Shown one piece after another: positions 53,364 through 64,000 of a stretch of 64,000 nt of DNA. Origin of the DNA: Octopus sinensis (taxonomy: Eukaryota); NCBI RefSeq assembly GCF_006345805.1, contig NW_021833430.1:1-64000 (forward strand). The letters run 5' to 3'. How positions within the stretch are numbered: position 1 is the stretch's first letter; every line of letters begins with the position of its first letter. Below the pieces are notes generated by a model. It was not told the origin of the DNA, made no database searches, and saw only the letters and a program-made list of their open reading frames with translations. The position numbers and the translations under genes were made by a program.

Positions 53364-53568
53364 CTTTTTCTATTTCTATTCCTGAGCGCTGTGCTAATAC
53401 ATTTGTTTGTTTGTACTCCACCTGCCTTCGTCTTTTGTTTATTTTCGTAAACTTTCCCTTTATATATATATTTTTTTTTTGTACTTGTTTCAGTCATTTT
53501 GACTGCGGCCATGCTGGAGCACCGCCTTTTGCATATATATATATTATATATATATATATATATATGTA

Positions 53569-54799
53569 CAGGGTCAGGCAAAATGATCTGACACATTTGT
53601 GGGTTAAATAAAAGGCATTGTTTTTCGTTTCTTTTTCAGTTGCTGCCATGAATTGGACTGGTGAGCATCGCGCTTTCATTGTGCAAACGTTTATCATAAC
53701 AAACGATTCTGTAACTGCAACACAAAGAGCGTTCCGTTTGCACTTCAATCTTGGTAGACATGATCCCATACCAGCTCGAAACACGATCTTGTTATGGGTT
53801 ACCAATTTCAGAGCTACTGGATCTGCATTGAAACGAAAATCAACCGGCCGACCTCGCACCGCCAGAACTCCAGAAAATGTGGCAGCGGTAAGAGCTTCAG
53901 TTCAACAGTCTCCACGCCGTTCCACATTTAAACGCGCCCAGGCTCTTAGACTTTCCGAAAGAAGTTTGCGAAGAATTCTTCACAATGATCTTCAAATGCA
54001 TCCATACAAAACGATGTTGGCACAAGAACTCAGCGAAAGAGACACTGAAACTCGCAGAGCATTGTGTTTGGAAATTCAACAACATGTCCCCCATGCAGCA
54101 GTTGTGTTGTTCAGTGACGAGGCACATTTTCACCTGTGTGGCACAGTGAATAAGCAAAACTTCAGATACTGGGCCGAGAACAACCCTCGTGAGTTGCATG
54201 AACGCCCTTTGCATTGTCCTCGGGTGTGCTGTGGCAGAATTCGGTATATGGGGTCCGTACTTCTTCGAAGAAGACAATGTTACAGTGATTGTGAACTCTG
54301 ATCGATATTGTGAGATGCTAGAGACTTTCTCAGACCAAAATTAAATATGCTCCACGATGTGGACAATGTTTGGTTTCAACAGGATGGGGCAACAGCCCAC
54401 ACTTCTCGACGTGCGATGGGGATTTTGAGGAATATGTTCCCTGGTCATTTGATCTCATTGCGTGGTGACATCGGTTGACCCGCCCGTTCACCTGATTTAA
54501 ATCCGTGCGATTTTTTTCTCTGGGGATACCTCAAGTCAAAGGTATACATTAATCGCCCTCGATCTATTGAACAATTTAAAGATGCAATTCGTCAAGAAAT
54601 TACTGCCATTCCACATGAAATGACCTTCGACAGTGTGTGGACAATAATGGATCCCATTTGACTGATTTAATTTTTAAAACATAATGAAACAAAATGGCAT
54701 TATATGTACTTTTCAAAAATAAAAACATTTTTTTGTTTCTTTACTTCATTTGCCTTTTATTTAACCTACAAATGTGTCAGATCATTTTGCCTGACCCTG
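53569..54799 (+). mobile_element. Tc1/mariner DD41D (rosa/Visitor-type) transposon, full length, pseudogenised transposase
   Basis: 49-bp TIRs (53569-53617 / 54751-54799, one mismatch), TA flanks; ATG 53648; FSDEAHF, WFQQDGATAH, RSPDLNPCDFFLWG with 41 residues between 2nd and 3rd Asp; frameshifts and one stop. Confidence 0.93.
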
Positions 54800-54801
54800 T
54801 A

Positions 54802-55293
54802 TATAATTATATACATAACTATAACAAGGGCTTGGCTTTTGCCTCACCACGCACTGAAAAATAGTCGTAATAAGGTGTAATATTTACACCTTATTCAAAA
54901 CTGTACTAACTGCAGACTTGATCTTTAACACACTGCACGTGGCTGTAAAAGAAGGATAGGAATTCTCCTTCTCAGCATATCTCTGCGCATCTCGACAGAT
55001 ATAAGCTAAGCGAAGACGCAGGTCGCTTACATATTCGTGGTCACTTGTATATTTATGCCCGGAATACCGACGCTGATGAAGGCAATAGGTAATGTTTTTA
55101 TTACTTTAAGCCCGAAACACGATCATGTACGCGGTTAAACTAAGTTTTAATTAATTTTCTTTCTTCTGCTAGCCTAATATGTAGTGTGTTTTTCTCGGAG
55201 AATTTATGGTGATAATAGGGTCCTTTGACGTCTATTTTTCAGTGCGTGGTGAGGCACAAGCCAAGCCCTTGTTATAATTAAGTATATAATTAT
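54802..55293 (+). mobile_element. Penelope-like terminal-repeat remnant with inverted ends
   Basis: ~60-bp inverted repeats (ataacaagggcttggctt.tgcctcaccacgcactgaaaaatag) enclosing a hammerhead motif. Confidence 0.6.
55066..55135 (+). ncRNA. Type I hammerhead ribozyme motif
   Basis: ACCGACG-CTGATGA-A-GGC..AGGTAATG/TATTACTT..GCCC-GAAA-CAcgatcaTG-TA-CGCGGT; GTA triplet, stem I with one bulge. Confidence 0.6.
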
Positions 55294-55372
55294 AAAATGT
55301 TTATAAAATTTACCTATGAGGTTTTATTTCCGCGCTGACCACTTGGTAAAAATCATTAATGATTTTTTACCC

Positions 55373-55431
<59 letters not shown>

Positions 55432-55479
55432 ACACACACACATATATATATATGTATGTGTGTGTGTATGTGTGTGTGT

Positions 55480-55528
<49 letters not shown>

Positions 55529-55688
55529 CATGTGTGGTTCTGTTCCAGCATGACCGCAGTTTTCGAGCTGAAACTAGTTAAAGAGTAATATATATATATA
55601 AATTAAATTAGAGATAAAACCACTATTAGGCAACTCAAACAGTGATAGACATAAACCAAAACAAAAAACAAAAAATGAATAGAATTAA

Positions 55689-55985
55689 TCTTTATATATA
55701 AAAGTGAAGTTGTGTGTCTGTCTCCTACGATTTAGATTCCTAACTACTCCCACATTTTGCGGTGCAGTGTAACCAAAAGCGGGTATCTTATAGTCGTGAT
55801 TCATATCGAGCCCTTCTGGGTATTAGTGCGCGTCTACGATGAGTCTACGATTTAAAAAAAAATTTACCATCATTTTTTCCATTTTAATGCATTTTTTTGC
55901 TATCATATAAGGGAAGTAACTCTCTAAAAATGCTTATATAGTTATTTCCCTTACAAATCCGAGGAACGCCGGGCGATACTGCTAG
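55689..55985 (+). mobile_element. Non-autonomous Helitron
   Basis: a|TC ... ccgaggaacgccgggcgatactgCTAG|t; shorter relative of 15546-16051. Confidence 0.8.
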
Positions 55986-56287
55986 TATAATATATAATAT
56001 ATATATAAAATATAAAATTAAAAATTTTTACTTATTATATTATATTTAACTTTTTTATACTTTTTGATTACTTATAAAAAAAATTAAAAGTTTAAAAATT
56101 TAAAAATTTAAAAATAAAAAAATTAAAAATATAAATTAAAAAATTTTAAATTTTAATATTTTATATTTTAAATTTTATATTTTATATATATATTATATAT
56201 TATATTAATTATATTTATTTGTTGTTTTTTATGTTTTGGTTTATGTCTATCACTGTTTGAGTTGCCTAATAGTGGTTTTATCTCTAA

Positions 56288-56814
56288 CTAGCAGCATAGC
56301 CCGGCGTTGCCAGGGTATGAAAGAGCCCCCTAGTAGGCAACGACTAATCCCAATCTAGTCCTTTCCCTCTAATTTCCTGCCAATTTGTGAAAGATATTGT
56401 CGAAAATATGTCATCTTGAATTTGAACGCGATTTTCCAAAATGGCATGATTTTATCGATTTTTTCTGATGGTAAGGTATTGCATGGAAAACTAACATCAG
56501 AATTAAGTTTCTTAGGGTAACATTAAGCTTCACCATGAGTTTGGTGAAAATCGATTGCAAGTTGCGAAAACTACAACAGAAAATGTGTTGCATATAAAAA
56601 GCATAGATTCTCGACCCCATGTCGAATATATCAATCTTTTTCAGAATTGGGGGAACTTTTCAAAATTTTCGCTGCGTTAGTTTTGAATTATGACATTGGG
56701 CTATGTGTGTCAAGTTTCATCAGAATCGGTTGAAAGCTGTGGTCAGGGTGAGGGTACAACCTGACAGACACACAGACACACAGACAGACAAACTGCCGTT
56801 TATATATAGAGAGA
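56288..56814 (-). mobile_element. Non-autonomous Helitron
   Basis: TC start, cctggcaacgccggg hairpin and CTAG end on minus strand; removing it restores ttatctctaatttaatttata with no TSD. Confidence 0.85.
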
Positions 56815-56895
56815 TTTAATTTATATTTATATTTATACTGTGAAATTTGATTTAATCCTAATCTAATTTTTCCCTGTAAGTTTGGATATACTCCC

Positions 56896-56999
<104 letters not shown>

Positions 57000-57134
57000 T
57001 ATATAAATATTAGGGAATAAATCCAAACTTACAGGGAAAAATCAGATTTAGGATTGAATCCAATTTTATAGTAAAATATTATATTATATTAAATTAGAGA
57101 CAAATAAGTCTCTAATTATTTTGTCTCTAATTTA

Positions 57135-57201
<67 letters not shown>

Positions 57202-57203
<2 letters not shown>

Positions 57204-57572
57204 TCTCTTTTACTCTTTTACTCTTTTACTTGTTTCAGTCATTTGACTGCGGCCATGCTGGAGCACCGCCTTTAGTCGAGCAAATCGACCCCGGGACTTA
57301 TTCTTTGTAAGCCCAGTACTTTGTAAGCCCAGTACTTATTCTATCGGTCTCTTATTCTATCGGTTGTCAAGCAATGCTAGGGGGACAAACACAAACATAT
57401 ACACACACACCTATATATATATACATATATACGTTAGGCTTCTTTCAGTTTCCGTCTACCAAATCCACTCACAAGGCATTGGTCGGCCCGGGGCTATAGC
57501 AGAAGACACTTGCCCAAGATGCCACGCAGTGGGACTGAACCCGGAACCATGTGGTTGGTTAGCAAGCTACTT
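57202..57572 (-). mobile_element. SINE family A, 3' part of a copy split by a 2-kb insertion (5' part at 59601-59627)
   Basis: Joining 57572 to 59611 restores agcaagctacttaccacacagccactcctg. Confidence 0.9.
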
Positions 57573-59600
57573 TATTTCATTTAATTTGCCACAAGGGCAG
57601 CACAAAGAGTAGCTACGGGCTGGACAAGGACATTAATGGATGATGGTGGTGATTGATGAATATGGTGATGGGAGAAGTCAGAAAGCGCCCGCCGACTTTT
57701 GCTTCTCTAAAACAATGTTCTTTTTTTCAAAAATTACAAAAATTTCAAAAAATTTTCACAAAAATTTCAATTAACAATTTACACTTTTAAAAGTCTCTTC
57801 AGAGGCAATAAACCTCTGTCACAATGTAACACAATTACAATTTTACGTTACCTGACCGATGAACTCTCTTGCTTTAATGACGCAATCGTCCATTGTCAGG
57901 CTTCCGCATACAGGTATGACTTGCAAGAGATCCTCCGGGAAAGAATTCTCGATCCTGCACATATCATTTTCGAGTAGGACCTCCGCAGCCAGCTGCGAAG
58001 GCCACTCGGGATACTCCATGCAGGACCGAAGTCCCTCCCATTCGTTTCTCTTCCTCCTCTTACGTATTTCATTTTCTACAGTGCCTCTTTTATGGAAGAG
58101 GACTACATAAAATTTCTCCGGCATCACAATCGCCGGAGGACACCTGGGAGACGCCCTCTGGGTGTTACAGTCCGCTGGTGGCGTCCCGTTCCTCTTTTTC
58201 TTTTTCTTTTTACGCTGGGCCTCGGGAGGTTGAGGTTCCGGTGCTATACGCACCGGGTCCTCTTTTTCTTCCGCAGCCTCCGGTTCCTTTGGTGGGTCGC
58301 CATTGCTCCCCACTCTTCTTTTTCTTTTGGAGGAGGATTTTTTCCCCTCCTCACTTTGTTTCTCTCCCTCCATTGGTGGGGCAGAGAGAGGCTCTGATAT
58401 TAACTTCTCCAGGATCCTACTCTGGTTCCTGGGGCAGTTTTTCTTAATATGGCCGGTCTCCGAACACAGGTGACACTTGGGGGCGCGTCCCTCTAGCATC
58501 ACCGGATACTTGGACCCGGCCATCTTCAGGAAGTCCGGCAAAACCAGACTCTTGGCCGACTGGGTCCACAGAGTCAAAGTAGCCTTTGCCCCTTCCCAGT
58601 CAGCCGCAGGCTGCATTCTCACGTTCAGGATCTTGGCGCTACCACCACTCAGACCCCGACGGATGGAATCTTCCACCCACTCGGGCTCAAAGCCGGGCGG
58701 CAGGCCGCAGACCCATAAACATATCAATTTTTCCCCCTTATAGCTTGGGAGAAACAGAATCTCTTCGCCCTCAATGGGCTTACTCGCGAAATCGCAAGCT
58801 GCTTTTCAAACAGCAACCAAATCGTTGCGTATTTGGCTCCCCGTTGAATATGTTTAACGGCTGGCATATAGTCTGCCAGCTCGTTCATAATTGTGTCTTT
58901 CGGAAAGACCATTACGGTGTCGAGTGACTTCGAATATGTCCTCAGCACCACTGTCTTTTCCTCAAGTTCGTTCAAATATTTTTTGGGAGGTGTTAATTCC
59001 CACACTGTGAAATTCCTTGCCATAACGTAAAAAAACCAGTTCAAAATGTTACAAAATAAATTAGACACAGAAAGGAGAATGAAAAAGGCAACAGAAGGGA
59101 AGAAATAAAATTAAAATGGCAGTTCAAAGAAAGTTCTTTTTTTACAAATGAATGATAGACGGAGAAAGAGAGTTCAAATTCAGACAAAGGAATTAATTTT
59201 TCTTTTTTTTTTGTTCACTTTTTCGGCTAAAAATTGTATTCCAGGCCAAGTATATGGTTGGTACAACACCTTGGTAAATAATCCTTGGTAAATCCCGCGG
59301 ATAACACAACGACAATTTCAAAAATAATTTTTGCAGACGGACTACGCCGCCTCAAAAACACAATTTTCTTCACACCCGACAACAGGCAGAAAAATTATAT
59401 CCGGAGCAAAGTGGAGCCTTATTATCTGCTAAAAAAATATTTAATGCTAAAAAACATTAATGCAAGTAATAAAACTTCACTTCGCTCGCAAAAATACAAA
59501 ATTCCTACCTTTAGTCGAGTCGAAAGTTCAACAATTCATGTTGAAACAACGTGGCAACCGGAGCAGCAAAATGACACGTCCGAACAGTTCAGAGGTTAGA
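57573..59600 (-). mobile_element. ORF1-only non-LTR retroelement (L1/Tx1-like ORF1, no ORF2)
   Basis: 10-bp TSD CAAGCTACTT (57563-57572, 59601-59610); ~580-nt 5' UTR, ORF1, ~270-nt 3' UTR ending aattaaatgaaata. Confidence 0.8.
57843..59023 (-). pseudogene. LINE ORF1p-like protein (~390 aa) with CCHC zinc knuckle, one frameshift near 58805
   Basis: ATG 59023 MARNF...; frames join as ..KAACDFASKPIEGEEILFLPSYKGEKLICLWVCGLP..; EGRAPKCHLCSETGHIKKNC (CX2CX4HX4C) followed by a basic disordered region. Confidence 0.8.
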
Positions 59601-59652
59601 CAAGCTACTTACCACACAGCCACTCCTGTGTACATACATACATACATACTAC

Positions 59653-59729
<77 letters not shown>

Positions 59730-59731
<2 letters not shown>

Positions 59732-60262
59732 GATCCGTTGTATGATGTGAAAGAAAGAAAGTAGTAAACCTGGTCGAGTTACGGTTCCTCGTGAAGATGA
59801 CATGGACGCCGCTTAGTATCGAAAGACTGACCGTTATGAAAACCTTCTCCACGAATGTGAAGACACATGCTGGAAAGCGGAGTATTTTCCAATCGAAGTC
59901 GGATGTAGAGGATTTGTTGGCCACAATGCGAGGCAGGCCACTGTTGTTATCGTTAGGCCTAACTCACTCTAAAGCAAATACCACCATGAATGATATCCAA
60001 ACTACAGTGGAAAAGGCAAGCTACTGGATCTGGTTAAAAAGAGACGATGAGCAATCACTAGAAGAATCTTGAGCAAAAGCCTGATAATTAGTTGTTCCAG
60101 CAAGCGGAGCCTTATTTCAGTGAGGGGGACCGGTGCGCAATGATGCCGTCGAAGAGGTAAGCCCCGAAACGGTGTGCAATCTCTCCTATGACCCCGTAAG
60201 CTTGCTATCATCCGGTATGGAGAGCTTTCAACTGGTAGTACTTGCATCTTCAAGTTGTTTGC
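59730..60262 (+). mobile_element. HERO/NeSL-like non-LTR retrotransposon 3' fragment (restriction-like endonuclease)
   Basis: LVELTVPREDDMDAA*YRKTDRYENLLHECEDTCWKAEYFPIEVGCRGFVG...VEKASYWIWLKR with frameshifts. Confidence 0.75.
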
Positions 60263-60285
60263 AAATCTCTCTCTTTCTCTCTCTT

Positions 60286-60354
<69 letters not shown>

Positions 60355-60668
60355 AGTAATTAAGGGTTTAGCAACGATTTGCCTCACCACACACCGAATT
60401 TAGAAATAGCAGTCAAAGAGTTATGGCTATTCTTTCTACTTAAAAGAGAGATCCAGTAAAACCACAGCACTTAAAAGGCAAACAACGCAGGCAAAAGAGA
60501 AAGAAATGACGACAATCATATATATATGTATATCCTCTTGCACTCTCCTGTCTTTGAAAGAACTTTTCTTCACCCATTCCCTTCCGGTCATTCAAAATGT
60601 GACCGCGTGTGTACCGTTGGCGATTTTTTCCCTCCGTCTTCCCTTCTTTTGATCTTTCCTTTTCCTAT

Positions 60669-60703
60669 GTTTCTGACGAAGAGCTCCGCTCGAAACGTTA
60701 AAC
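60669..60703 (+). ncRNA. Minimal type I hammerhead ribozyme motif within a Penelope-like remnant (~60361-60790)
   Basis: GTTT-CTGACGA-A-GAGC-tcc-GCTC-GAAA-CG-TT-AAAC: intact core, palindromic AACGTT stem III. Confidence 0.7.
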
Positions 60704-60790
60704 CTTCCTTCTTCCCTTCCTTCTTGAGCGTCCAATAATACTATATTTGTTCCACGTCCTCGCATTGTTGTGTTTTCATGTTTGGATTAA

Positions 60791-60867
<77 letters not shown>

Positions 60868-61033
60868 GATATATATATATATATGTATATATATATATGT
60901 ATATATATATATTATATGTATATTATATATATATGTATATATATATATATATATATATAGATATATATATATATATAATATATATGTATATATATATATA
61001 TATATGTATATGTATATATATATTATATATATG

Positions 61034-61068
<35 letters not shown>

Positions 61069-61304
61069 ATGTATGCATGTATGTGTGTGTGAGTATGTGT
61101 GTGTACACATAAATATATATACATATGTACATACGTATGCATGTGAGTGTACCTAAGCGTGCAGTCTAAAAGTGTACATTTTCCAGTTTATATATAAACG
61201 TGTGCGTCAGAAAGTGAATGCTTTAAACTCGTTATTTCATAGATTATAACAGCACATGTATAAAAGTATGACTCTACCAAAAATTGTATGTGTTATACGT
61301 ATAC

Positions 61305-61715
61305 ACTCTCTTTATTCTATTACTTGTTTCAGTCATTTGACTGCGGCCAAGCTGGAACACCGCCTTTAATCGAGCAACTCGACCCCGAGACTTATTTTTT
61401 TTGTAAGCCCAGTACTTATTCTATCGGTCTCTTTTATTAAAATTTTATGTATTGATTAAGTCTTTCCTTGTTTGTTTTGCAAAATAGTGGTTTTGTCTCT
61501 AATAATATTATATAATATTTTACTATAAAATTGGATTTAATCCTAAATCTGATTTTTTCCCTGTAAATTTGGATTTATTCCCTAATATTTATTATATATA
61601 TATATATATATACATATATACGACGGGCTTCTTTTCAGTTTCCGTCTACCAAATCCACTCACAAAGCTTTGGTCGGCCCGAGGCTATAGTAGATGACACT
61701 TGCACAAGGTGTCAT
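61305..61715 (-). mobile_element. SINE family A halves interrupted by an AT-rich repeat related to 56815-57140
   Basis: Family A motifs at 61305-61432 and 61618-61715. Confidence 0.7.
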
Positions 61716-63454
61716 GCATGTGTATCCCTTAGTTTCTTTTATATTAATTTAAGCCATTAGTCTGCTGACATGTTTAAGGTTCTACAGAATTGACGCCGAC
61801 CAATTTCCACTTTCGATGTATCAATCAATACGAGTCTAAAGTGGGAGGCTATTATTAATGGTGCTGCGCAATGGAGTTGAACCTGACACATGTTCATGCA
61901 AAATAAATCTAGTAGCCGAATAGTTATAGCTACATCTCTGTTCTTCTAAATGTTGAATACGTTACACATTATACATCAAACAATATACTAGTTATATTAT
62001 TTTAGTCATTATTACGCACATCTCTCTGACCTCTTCTGCCATTAGATATAAACATTCGTGACTCAGTCATAGGAGAGTTCTTCAAACAAAAACTAATAGT
62101 ACAATCAGTCAGTAGAGCTTTGTTTGTGATGTCAGAGAACACACACACACAAGCACACACACAAACACACACACATACACACACGTCATTCGTATACCTA
62201 CCACATACGTATTTGTGTATGTATACGTGAATACAGAACTAGACAGCTACGTGATTGCATCTGTATCATACTTTCATGCTAGTAAACAAATAGACAGCAA
62301 GGAATCTAAGAGAATGTTTAGGAGTGTAGGTGTATGTGTGTGTTGGTGTTTGTGTTCGTGTGTATGCATGCTCGTACATATATAAGTTTATAAAGTAGAA
62401 CCCGCTTCAAGAAAAATCAAAACCAACGCGATGTAGGTTGATATAATTCTTTAAATATTTTTTGTACTTTTAGTAGGACAGTACACCAATAAGGACACGT
62501 GCACTGATTGGGTTCCCTTTATTCTTAATTAATTAATTAATTAATTAATTAATTATATTTATCCATTCTTACTTCTTTATTGCCCACAAGGGGCTAAACA
62601 CAGAGGGGACATACAAGGACAGACAAAGGATTAAGTTGATTACATCGACCCCAGTGCGTAACTGGTGCTTAATTTATCGATCGCGAAAGGATGGAAGGCA
62701 AAGTTGACTTCGGCGGAATTTGAACTCAGAACGCAAAGACAGACGAAATACCGCTAAGCATTTCGCCCGGCGCGCTAACGTTTCTGCCAGCTCGCCGCCT
62801 ATTATGATCCTTTCTACCTAAGCACAAGACCTATAAGTACACTGGGAAATGCTTAGCGGCATTTTGTCTATAAGTAGTCAGCTACCCTACCCTAGCCGTT
62901 TCCACTCTCCAATGTAGGATTCCTCACCATATAGGTGACTGTCACAGCCATAAGGTGCATTACGGATCTACAGAAATTGGAATGACATGACCCTACTCGA
63001 ATAAACATTAACAACTGTGTGATGTGAGGGCTAAGGGGAAATGAAAGTGTCACCTTTGGATTTTGCCAATGGTCACTATGCCGATAGGTAACTGAACAAA
63101 TTAAATTTGCAATCTATAAATCTCTTTGAATGACCAATCGCTTATCTGGAAAGGTCTTGAAGTCAATGTTATCATCTGGGGACTATCTCTTACCCAGGGA
63201 TAATAAAAAGACTCAAAATAGGTCTGCAACCAAATAACTTTACTCAAAATAACACTATGCAACTGAATCAGTGGAGGCAAAGGTGCCTCTCCTTTACTTG
63301 ACAATTTATGCACCACATTGCAGAAAAATACAATCTAAGTATATCTCAAAGCAAACTCTTACCCTATTGTACCATTGAATTACAAATAACGCTCATCTTG
63401 TATCCTCGGGTGACTCTACAGCTTCCAAGACTACAATTGTATTCGTCTTGGCTT

Positions 63455-64000
63455 AGGAAAAATGACTAAATTGTGGGGTCTTACTTACCTCCTAACAAGT
63501 TGAAATTTTAGGAATATTACTTCATTTATGTCTAATATCAATAGTTAAAATTTCGTCGGCAGCAAAATATATGAATTTCCATGGGGGTTATGGCTTCATT
63601 TACACACCCTCACTTTCAAAACATATACCGCATTACATCCGCCCTTATGCATAGAATATAATTTCCAAATTTCATAAAGATCCATTCAGTACTTTTGACC
63701 TTGTTTTGGATCATAAAAATGACTAAAATTTAGGAGTTAAGCCACGCCATTAGGGGAGTCTTAGAATCCTCATGAGAAGCGGAAACTTTAGGAATACTTC
63801 TTGATTTGTGTCAGTTACCTATGATTGAAGTTTCATCAACATTGGAAATTTATGAATTTTCATGGGGGTTATGCCCCATTTAAGCCGCCTCACATTCAGA
63901 CCAAATATACTGCATTATACCCGCCCTTATTCATTGAATCTAAGTTCCAAATATCATAAGGATCCATTCAGTAATTTTGGTCTATGATAAATGACTAAAA
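63455..64000. repeat. Diverged ~280-bp tandem repeat running off the window edge
   Basis: ttaggaata, atgaattt.catgggggttatg and ttccaaat.tcataa.gatccattcagta recur at ~280-bp spacing; possibly internal to a Helitron-like element. Confidence 0.7.

Noticed and set aside
57843-58727. Zinc-knuckle ORF as a domesticated host gene or LTR gag
   Set aside because: Intronless, frameshifted, bounded by a TSD inside a SINE, and no LTRs or primer-binding site seen.

Overview
Eukaryotic, repeat-rich genomic DNA, most likely an octopod cephalopod (inferred from the tRNA-derived SINE families and dense microsatellites, not proven). The only host gene I can support is HEMK1/PrmC (release-factor glutamine N5-methyltransferase) on the + strand: seven phase-consistent coding exons from 1725 to the stop at 24829, with the 5' exons outside the window. 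A 5.3-kb composite satellite (33499-38814) separates the CpG-poor genic left half from a more CpG-rich, gene-free right half. The rest is transposon-derived: four SINE-like families (my working labels A-D), RTE/CR1/HERO-like LINE fragments, two decayed Tc1/mariner elements, Helitrons and MITEs. Best leads: (1) a complete, TSD-flanked ORF1-only zinc-knuckle retroelement inserted in a SINE tRNA head and sharing its 3' tail with another SINE family; (2) several minimal hammerhead ribozyme motifs; (3) the composite satellite with internal inversions; (4) SINE multimers with a recurrent tail-to-head junction; (5) a 151-bp target-site duplication. All coordinates were read by eye; repeat boundaries are approximate.
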